Shown piece after piece: positions 9,927-19,090 of a stretch of DNA of 64,000 nt (position 1 is the first letter of the stretch; each line of letters begins with the position of its first letter). The notes under the pieces are model-generated. The model saw only the letters and a list, made by a program, of their open reading frames with translations. It had not been told where the DNA came from and did no database searches. The DNA is from Vicugna vicugna (Eukaryota), in the NCBI GenBank assembly GCA_013265495.1, contig MU058244.1, positions 62,001 through 126,000 on the forward strand. Direction: 5' to 3'. Both the position numbers and the translations under genes were made by a program.

Positions 9927-12900
9927 TAGTTGGAGCTGCCTGGCGTCTCCTCCAAGCCCTGGAGAGCTCCCGAGGGCACTTGAGTGGGGATTGTGGTGTG
10001 TGGCTGGGGTCCCCCACTGGAGACAGGAGGGGAGCACTGGTGGGGCTGGGCCGGTGGCTGGCTTCCCCTACAGCTCAGAACTCAGGCCGAGGGGCCAAGC
10101 TCGCTGCCTGCCTCGCCGGCCCTCCACCCTATCTGTAAATCTGGGAGGGTGCCCCATTCCACTGGACGTGCGTGTTGAAGGAGCTCTGGCCAGAAGGGTC
10201 CTTCTAAGGTGCTGAGGTCCTGGGGACTAGGCCCACCATCCCAGAAAGGTGTGCTCTGCTTGGAGACCCGCAGGCCCCGTGGCTTGGTTTGGAGGTCTTT
10301 GCCGCCCACCTGTGGCCCCTGGGAGCCAGCATACAGCCGGAGTTTGCCAGGAAGCCCTCTCCAAGGAGGGGCCGGTCGTGACAACCTCTGAGGGCAGCAC
10401 TGCGGGCATGTGTGGGGGGTCACCTCAGATGACACGTCTGGGGCTCCTCTGCTGAGTCCTCAGGTCACTGGGCAGCAGTGTGGGGGTCTGGCTTTTGGCC
10501 CCGTGGCTGGAAGCTTTTCTCGGCCTGGGTTTGTGCCCCTCAGGCCCTACTCGCCTCATCTGGGATGGGTCTGAAGCAGTGGGACTCTGTGTCTGGGGCT
10601 GAGAAACTCCCAAGGTGACAGTGGCCTTGCTGCTTGGAGGCGAGTCTCCCTGCATCTCCGAAGGGCAGGGTTGGAGGGGAGGTTTTAGGGTGTCTCCTGG
10701 CTTCTCCGAAGGTGGCCGAGCCTGGAGAGTCCTGGGGGCTCCTGGTCTAGGGGAGGGGCTGCCCTCCTAGAAAACTGGCTCTGGGTGGCCATGGTCCCGG
10801 GTGACCCTGGGCGTGTAGATTTGACTGACACCTTCCACAGGGAGCGGCCCTGCCCCTGGCCCAGCTGAGCTTCCCGTGGCAGGTGGGTTTGTTTCTCCTG
10901 GAGTGAGGACTTCGGTTCTGGGGGTGCATTGAAACTTGTTCCTTCACTAGAATTTATTTCATATCCCCTGCAAGTCTGGGGTCCGGGCCTGTTGGTGTTG
11001 GCTGCAGGCCCCCAAGCGAGGTGGGGGTTAAGGACCCTGGTGGTCGCCATGTGGGAAGCACTTTAGACCCGTGACTGGAGCTGGTTTGACCTCGGGGACT
11101 CAGTCCTCTGCATGCTTGGGCATTGAGCAAGCAAATTCCGCGGCCTGCTGCCCTGGGTTTTGAGGTGGACACTCCCCTTGGGGCTGAGGTGCCCCTGGAG
11201 TGCTGATCTGGGGCGGGGCTCCCAGCGCCGGCGCCGAGCCAGCCCTGCGCCCGGGCTGCCCCTGCTGCTGGGGGAGCCCAGCTCTTCCTCGGTTCAAGGT
11301 GGAAACAGGCCTGACTCCCCTGGAGCCCCGAGAATCTGGGAGGCTGCGGTCTGTCTGTCTTGAATGTGGAGGGGCACCCTAGCGTAGACTGTCCTGCATT
11401 GGGGCTTTGGGGGCTGTCCTTGGGGCCTCAAGACGGGACGGAGGTACAGGGGAGCTGGCATGGACTGGGACTCTGCCTGGTGGGCCCCAGCCTCTGGGGA
11501 CCCTCGCTGTTCTCATTCTTGCTTCCCCGGGGTGGGAGGACAGGGAGTGTCCAGTCCTGGGGTGGGCGGTGATCCGCCTCGCTTCTGGTCCCCCCTGAGG
11601 AGGTGGGCGGGCGTCCAGAGCTCCGCAGGGGTCCTAACAGCATGCTGGTGGTCTGCCTGGGCACAGGCCCCACCGGCTCGGGGCAGGTAAGGGAGCAGGG
11701 CTGGGGGCTTCCCTCACCAGGGCTTCACCTGCCCAAGGGGTCAGTCCTGCTGTGGAAGCCGGGGCCCCGCCCCTGTCTCCCTCTTCGGGGAAGGCACCTC
11801 CTCCTGGCGCGCCCATCAGAAAGTTGGCGGGAAAACATCTGGCCCCAGACACTGGGGGTTCTGGGGGAGAGGAGACAAGGTCAGTGGGAACAGGAGGCCC
11901 ATTGTGGAGGCCAGCCCGGCCCCAGCCTGGCCAGCAAGCAGCTCCTGCTCCCATCTGGGGCTGAGGGCGATCAGGGAGGGGACCCCTAGGAACCCCAGAC
12001 TGGGTGCGTGTGTGATGGGTGCTGGGGGCCGGCGTGAAGACGGCGTCCCTGGTCTCTCCTGGGTTTCTCATTCACCCTGCCGAGGCCCAGGATGTAAGCT
12101 GTCCAGCGTGCCGTTGGCCGGAGGCGGCCCCTGGTCCTGGTGTCAGGACGTGCTGGGGTCCACGGCCCCCTCCGCAGCCCCCCACTGCTGGGCAGGCCTC
12201 CGGCCTCTCACACGTCGCAAGTTTGGGCTGCTCTTGGTTTCAGGGCAGCGTGCGGGCCAGGTCTCCAGACGCCGAGACCTAGCTCTGTGCCTGTGTCCAG
12301 GGTGGTTGGCTTCAGCTCTGCTTTGCTAGACCTCAGGCTTCTGGAAGGTGGGTGTCCACCCAGGATACCCCAGATGGGCTTCTGCCCCCGTAATGGACGG
12401 GGAACGGTGGGGTGAGCGGTCCTGGCCATCAGCCATTGCTGTTTAGGGGTCCAGTTTGGGGGTTTGGGGGGAAAGCAGCAATTCCGGCAGCGTGAGTCTC
12501 AGGTCCAGGGCCCCCGAGTCCCTTCCCCCGTGGGCAGGGATGCCCGATGCTTGCCCGAGGAGGTCGGGGAGGCCAGCGTCTAGGGAGCAGAACCCTGCCT
12601 CAGGAGCATTGCCCGTCAGCTTCAGGCCCGGGAGCTGGGGTCTCTGTTCTCTGTGCTGCTGTGGCCTCTTGGCCAGACTGAGGAAAAGGGCTCCCCACCA
12701 CCTGCCTGTGAACCAGGCCGAGGTCTGTCTGCCGAGACTCACCCCGCAGGACGGATCTCTGGCTCAGGACATCCCCTGGTTAAGGGGCGAGCTTAAAGTG
12801 GCCGCGGGCTCCCGGCCTAGGCCTCCTTCCAGCGAAAGAAGCCTTGTCTGTGCCCCGCCTGGACACGGTTGGCACTTGTGCCCTTGCAGGCGGCTGGGAG

Positions 12901-15414
12901 TGCGTGTGCCAGGCACGTGGTGTTCAGTGGACGCCAGCGTTGACCCCGGGTGGAGCTCTGGATACCCTGGAGGGGTCGCCTGCAGCCTGGGGCTCCCCCT
13001 GGCCCTCATGGGGCTCCCGCAGCATAGCAGCCCAGCTGGGGAGGCTGGTGCGCGGCCGGCACTCAAGTCCCCCATCTGGGAGGGTGAGGTTGCATTCTGG
13101 GGTGGCGCTGCCCCAGGAGTGCGCAGATGGGCTGTTCATGACGCAGCAGACTCTGAAGCGGGGAATCTGAACGTCTGGTTTTTCAGGTGCAGCCCAGACT
13201 CCCGAGATAAATGACGGGGAAGGGTGGGGAGACTTGGGGCCCTGAGTATGGGTCTGGGGATGAGGCGACGGATCCCAAGGACGTACACGTCTTGATCTGT
13301 GGCCTTGGCTGGTGTGGAGGATGCTTCTGAGAAGTTAATATTCATGGCATGTGCTTGGGGGAAAAATGTAGCCGTTTCCTGGCCAGACAGAGGTGGCGGA
13401 TCCGCCTGGAATCCGTGCATACCCAGAAGCAGGTGCAATCATAAATCCCTGTTTGTTTTCCTTTGATAAGAAAAACAAGATTTTTCTCTGAAGAGGAAGT
13501 GGGTTCCAGACCGGAGTGGCCAGTGTTGTGTGCCCTTCACGAGGGTACAGCGGGGGCCACGCTGCTGGTGCGTCCACTTGTCCCGTGGCCTGTCTGCCGG
13601 GCTGTCTGGTGGAGAATGAGCCTGCCCCCCGCCCTGGAGCCTAGGTCCTGGTATCTGGAGAGGAAGCTGGGGAGGTGCTCACTGACCAAAGGGGCTGAGC
13701 CGTCCAGAGGGCTGGTCCGAGAACAGGACTGCTGCCCTGCGGGAGCCCAGCCCCTCGTACTGCCCGCCTGCCCTGCCTCCCTGTGTTCCCCCATGGAGGG
13801 TCCAGGAGGCAGGGTGTGGGGACACTTGGGTACCCAGCGTGGGGAACCAGGTCTCTGTCCCCACTACCTGAGCCACAGGGGAGGGGATAAGGCTGGTGAG
13901 GCCCTGCAGAGGCAAGAGGGGATGGGTCTCCCAGTTACTGCCTGGTCAGACTAGGGGCTCCTAATGCTGGTGGGGTGACTGGGGTGAAGCCAGGGTCCTC
14001 TGCCCTCTTGGGAGACCTGCTGAGGGGCACCCCACCCAGTGCCCTGAAGGGGAGGGTCGCTCTGGGACCCGCGTTCTGCCCAGGACCGAGGGGGTCTGGG
14101 GCTGGTTTCGGCACGGACGGGCTCTGTGTGAAGGTGCCTGCAGCAGGGCTGTCTGGAAGGTGACCCGGTCCCACGTTCCAGGGCTTCTGCACATGAGACC
14201 TTGTTTGTTCCTCACTGTGACCCCTGGGTGGGTGTGGCCCATGTCCCCATTTTACATATAGGAGGGCGGAGGCCTTTGCCCGCTCCCCGCGGACGCCTCT
14301 CCCAGGCTCTCCTGTGGGGAGGGCAGGTGAGGGGCAGCAGACTCCCAGGCCTCCCGAGCGGAACGGACTCCGTCCTGCAGCTCTCCTCCCAGGGCCGCTT
14401 AGGCAGCCTCCCAGGCCTGGCCCCCATTCTGGCCTGGCCCCTGTCGCCTCCGTGAGCCGTGTATACTTTCCACGGCCACCAGGCACCAGCACCTCTGCAC
14501 CTTGGGGTAACAGTTCTGCGGCTGCGTGGCCACAAAGGTCTGGACAAGCCTTTGGGCCAGCTGGCCTGTGGGGCGGGCGGCCCAGTCCCCAGGGTACAGG
14601 GCTGACCGCACTGCCCTGGTGCTCCGGCTTCTGGCTTCTGGGCTCTCTGTAGAGGAGTCTGGAAGGTGGTCCCCTCCCCGCTGCCCCTCCTGACTGTCTC
14701 CGGGCTGGGGCCCCACTCACCCCGCCTGCTCTGGACCATGAGCCGGGCTTCCCGGCGCCTCCACATGCTCGAGGTGTAACCCGGTGGGCTCTGCCCCTTC
14801 CTGCCTCAGTCTCCCCAGGCGAACGGTGGAGTGGGTGGTCCCCCAGAGGGTTGTTCCCGGGACCTTGGACCTGGGCGAGGCTGCAGGGCTGGGCCCAGCC
14901 CCAAGTCAGGTGGCTGTGGGGTCCTCATCTGGAGTCTGCATCGAGGCTCCCTGTGGGCCCTCGGGCCTTGGGCTGGTGGGCAGGAGGGAGTGTGGTGCCC
15001 TTACCACCAGTTACACACACAGCAGCCCTGTCCCTCGGCTGCTGTAGTCAAGTGCACGTTTGAGAATTTCTCCCGTTGCCCCAGATGCCCGTAAGACATG
15101 GACGCAAACCCCTTCCCTTGCCCACCCCTCCTCAGAGCTTCCACCTTGAGTGCATCCTGCAGGCTGTCTCCCGGCACACTCAGGCCCTTTGCATTTAAGG
15201 TAAAATGGGACCAGACCACAAATGCTGGACTGAAGGTGGTGGTTATTTCCCAGTGCCCTCGCCTTTCCCACTGGGAGGAGGTCAGAGGTCAAAAGTTGAG
15301 CCTACACCTCCCTCCCGGCCCGGGTGGGACCCAGCACGTCCCCTGCTCCCAGCGACTCGTGACATGTGCAAGGCGCGGCTGCAGTATTCACAGCAGGGCT
15401 GTTGTCTCGGGCAG

Positions 15415-15541
15415 GTGGCCAAGGTGGAATACGTCAGGAAGAAGCCAAAGTTAAAAGAGGTCCAGGTGCGGCTGGAGGAGCACTTGGAGTGCACGTGCAC
15501 GACCGCCAGCCCGACCCCGGGCCACCGAGAAGAGGAGGCAG
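15415..15541 (+). CDS. PDGFA: PDGFA exon 5 (VAKVEYVRKKPKLKEVQVRLEEHLECTCTTASPTPGHREEEA)
   Basis: Acceptor GGGCAG/15415, donor GTACGC at 15542, 127 nt. Confidence 0.97.
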
Positions 15542-16069
15542 GTACGCGGGGCTGTTGTCACTGTCACTGCTCATGGAAAGGGCCCAGAGCCTGCTTCTGC
15601 AGCCACGTCCCGTGGGCTTGGTGGGCCGTGGGGTGGGGGGCTGCAGCGAGAGGCCTGTCGGCCGTTTGCTAACCTGCCAAGTGGATTCTGCTCCCGTGGG
15701 CATCACTGCAGTGTGAGGGGGCGTGGTTGGGCCGGCTGTGCAGGTTAAGTCTGTCTCCCCAGTTGGGCGGCTAGTGGGTTACGTAGTAGAGATGTGGCTG
15801 AGGAAGGGCCCCGCCCTGGTGGGTGCGGGCTGCTGGCCGCAGTGTTACTAGTCAGGGTCCTGGCCTCCCCCTCGGGTGGACTTCGCCCAGAGCGATGTGG
15901 CGTGGTGACCGCTGTATGGGGCCAGCTCGAGGGGACCAGGAAGTATCTCCGAGCCAGCGACGTCGAGCTGTTTTATAGAAAGACAAACACCCCAGGTATT
16001 TACTGCTTCAGTTCCCACCTGACAGCCCTCCCTTGGGCCTGCTCACCCTCCCTGCCCTTCTGTCAACAG

Positions 16070-16125
16070 GAAGGCGTAGGGAGTCAGGTAAAAAACGGAA
16101 AAGAAAAAGGTTAAAACCCACCTAA
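16070..16125 (+). CDS. PDGFA: PDGFA alternative exon 6, coding part (GRRRESGKKRKRKRLKPT*, basic matrix-retention motif; exon continues to 16138)
   Basis: Acceptor TCAACAG/16070, stop TAA 16123-16125, donor GTAGGA at 16139, 69-nt exon. Confidence 0.95.
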
Positions 16126-16483
16126 TGCGGCCAACCAGGTAGGAGCCGTCCACGGATGTGCCGCAGTCCCGGGTGGGGGCGTGATGACTGATCACTCGGT
16201 GAATCACCCTGGAGGCGAGGATGCGCCCTGATTGGCCCTGATCAACTGCGAGCTTCCGGTGTCTAGCTGGGCTGTGGGTCTCCGCGCTCCCATCCCCGGT
16301 TCCCCCACCCGCTGCGCAGGACGCCTGACTCACGGCTCCTCCCCCTCTGGGGCCCCTGCTCTGGCTTTGGTCCTTGTTGATTGGGGAGTCAAAGGCATCA
16401 CGTGAGTGGAGTGATTTGGGTTCCCTGAGCAGCAGTGGGGCAGCTCTGTTTGTGAGCTGGGATCACCGTGAACAGGTTGCCCA

Positions 16484-16525
16484 CCCCATTTGACAGATGA
16501 AAAAACTGAGGCTTACAGGGGTTAC
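16484..16525. mobile_element. MIR core fragment
   Basis: CCCCATTTGACAGATGAAAAAACTGAGGCTTACAGGGGTTA. Confidence 0.65.
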
Positions 16526-16579
16526 AGATAAGGATTGTTGGAGACTGAGGAGATACTTCAGGCTGAAAATGCTTTATAA

Positions 16580-16940
16580 ATGTATAGGGCTATTGGCTGC
16601 TGTATTGGAAATTATGTTTGGATTCTAGGAACACACTGGAAACAGGAGTTGAGAGAAGGTTGAGACAGGGAGACCAGAGCATGCATGGCTCTGAGTCTCA
16701 AAGTATCATCAGGGACTCTCTTCTTTCCAGGACTGGTGGTATCCATCCTCAGAGTTGCCTCATGGCCCAAAGTGGTTGCCAGAGCTCCAGAAATCACATT
16801 CCCCTCCAGGCTGGAGGAAAGTGTAGGGTGGGGAGAAGGGTGGAAGGACCCAGTGACTTTTGCTTTGATCTCATTGGCCACTCCTCCACTGCAGGGAGGC
16901 CTGGGAAAGGTGGTCTTTCAGAGGGCCTTCCCAGAGGAAA
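16580..16940 (-). mobile_element. Ancient MaLR-type LTR remnant (MLT1K/L-like)
   Basis: CATCCTCAGAGTTGCCTCATGGCCCAAAGTGGTTGCCAGAGCTCCAG and ATCTCATTGGCCA...CTGCAGGGAGGCCTGGGAAAGGTGGTCTTT resemble late MLT1 consensus blocks (from memory); subfamily uncertain. Confidence 0.45.
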
Positions 16941-17596
16941 GTGGATGTGGGCAACCAGCATCATGGAGGAGGTGGTTTTAAGCCTTCCTGGTCCTTTGTG
17001 TTGGCCTGTCTGGCTCCGGAGAGTCTGGTCCTTGCTTCCAAGCATGTGGGAACCCTGGCATCCAAAACCACTGGCTGTGAGAGGAATTCTCACAGACAGG
17101 TGTCTGGAGCCGGGCTCCAGCTGGGCAGTGTGTGACAGCCAGGCTGGGAGCCTCCGAGGCCCACAGGGCAGTTGCATTCATGGATGGATCCTGAAGCAGC
17201 CTCCAGACGACTGCTCAGCCTTGGCTTTGGGTCCCGAGGGTGGGGTGCTGGGGCTGGTATTGTGCCTGCCTGTGCATCCAAGTCTGCGGCCATTGGGCTT
17301 GGCCTCCATGGGCCAGCTGATGTTGGAGACCTCTGCTGGCACTCGGGCTCTGGGCATGTGGTGGTTCAAGTACCGGGATGAGCCACAGACAGGTGATAAA
17401 GGGTAGGGGAGAGATGCTCTTAGCTGAGCTCAGTGTAGCTCTGCCTGGTCACAGGAACCCCTGTGTCTGGCTCATGGCATCCATCCTCTCAGGGTTGCCT
17501 CATGGCCCAAAGTGGTTGCCAGAGCTCCAGAAACCACATCAAGCTCTGTAGACTGGAAGAAAGAGGGAGGTGAGGAGAAAGGCATAAGAACCTTTC

Positions 17597-17635
17597 TGGG
17601 CCTCAGTTTTCCCCATCTGTACAATGGGAGAATGG
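17597..17635. mobile_element. MIR core fragment
   Basis: TGGGCCTCAGTTTTCCCCATCTGTACAATGGG. Confidence 0.65.
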
Positions 17636-17908
17636 GGGTTGCTCTGAAGCCATGTTCTGTGCGATCCCAAGAGCCTAGTCCCAGTTCTGGTCAGGATGTT
17701 ACAGAAAGCGTAATGAGGGATATTTGATTTGAAAATTTTAACAAAAGCTTTAAATCCTAAGACTTGCCATGTGGTATGTGTGTGTGCATGTGTGTGAGTG
17801 TGTGTGCTTGTGGGCACACACACATCTGATTGGCTTAAATGCTCCACGTGGCGGTGCGAGCACTCGTGGCCCCGCCTCTCAGCACCCGTCTCTCCCCTCT
17901 GCCTGCAG

Positions 17909-17919
17909 ATGTGAGGTGA
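17909..17919 (+). CDS. PDGFA: PDGFA exon 7, coding end of short isoform (DVR*)
   Basis: Acceptor CCTGCAG/17909; G+AT GTG AGG TGA. Confidence 0.95.
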
Positions 17920-19090
17920 GGATACGCCAGCAGCCCTCTCCCGGGACACGGATGTACATGATGTGTTACATTCCTGAACCTGCCATGTACGGTGCTTATC
18001 GCCAGCGCGGTCTTTGTTCTCCTCCGTGAAAACTGTCTCCATGCACACCCTGGAGAACAAAGAGACAGTATACGTTGTTTATGTGACATCAAAGCAAGTA
18101 TTGTAGCACTCGGTGAAACAATAAGAAGCTTCCTTGTCAAAAAAAAAAAAAGAGAGAGCGAGCGAGCAAACAAAACCACGAAACGCGACAAACAAAACTG
18201 ACTCACAAAAATATCTAAACCGTTGCCGGATCGGAGGGACGCCATGGGGTGGAAGCGACAGGCGTCTCGGCAGACTGGATCTCTGTCCAGGTGGTCACAG
18301 GTGCTCTTGCCAAGGACACGGAGCCTGCTTCCCGAAGACTGCAGTCGGATGCTGACAGGCTCTGCGGGGACGCAGGAGCCGGGAGCATCTCGGGAGCCGC
18401 ACCCCCTTGCTGTAGTGTTTCAGTCTATACAGAAACCTTCTGAGAGCCTTAAGTGGATTTTTTTTTACACCATAAAGTGATTATTAAGCTTTCCTTTTTA
18501 CTCTTTGCCTAGCTTTTTTTTTTTAATTATCTCTTGGATGACATTTACACCGATAACACCAGGCTGCTGTTAACAGTCAGGACAGTGGAACGGTATCTTT
18601 CCTAGCAGGATGCAAACGAATGAGATGTATTAAAATAAACATGGTATACCCACCTATGCATCATTTCCTAAATGTTTCTGGCTTTCCGTGTTTCTTCCTT
18701 GCCCCATTTAATTCACTTCTTAATTTAAGCCCTTTCGAGACTGTGCGTGAGCCAATCACCATCCCCGAGTGTCCTGTCCCCAGAGTCCCCCCGCTTGCCA
18801 CGGTGTGGGCCTCGGGACGTGGCTTCCCAAGTGGCTGCAAGGGGGGCTCCCTGCTGCTGCCAGGGTTTGGACAGAACGTAAACTCTTTATTTTTGGTAAG
18901 ATGTTACGCTTAACCTGTATTCAACAGAAACCGTGTGTGTGTGTGTTGCTTTTGTTTTTGTTTCTTTGTAAAGGTGAACTTTGTATTTTTGTCTAATATT
19001 ACCAGTTTTATATACTTGAGAGACGCCGTGGGTTTTTTGTTTCTTTGTTTTTAACCAAAAGGAAAAAACCAAACCAATCCACCAACAAAA
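17920..19090 (+). other. PDGFA: PDGFA 3'UTR (distal end approximate)
   Basis: Blocks such as GTGACATCAAAGCAAGTATTGTAGCACTCGGTGAA and CACCATAAAGTGATTATTAAGCTTTCCTTTTACTCTTTG resemble the human 3'UTR; U-rich tracts present. Confidence 0.85.
18629..18639 (+). terminator. Proximal polyadenylation signal (overlapping ATTAAA + AATAAA)
   Basis: ATTAAAATAAA followed by U/GU-rich sequence (TGTTTCTGGCTTTCCGTGTTTC); alternative polyadenylation of PDGFA is established. Confidence 0.7.

Noticed and set aside
15048-15199. Possible cryptic cassette exons in intron 4 (15048-15090; 15085-15199)
   Set aside because: Lengths of 43 and 115 nt are frameshifting, the splice sites are mediocre and nothing else supports them.
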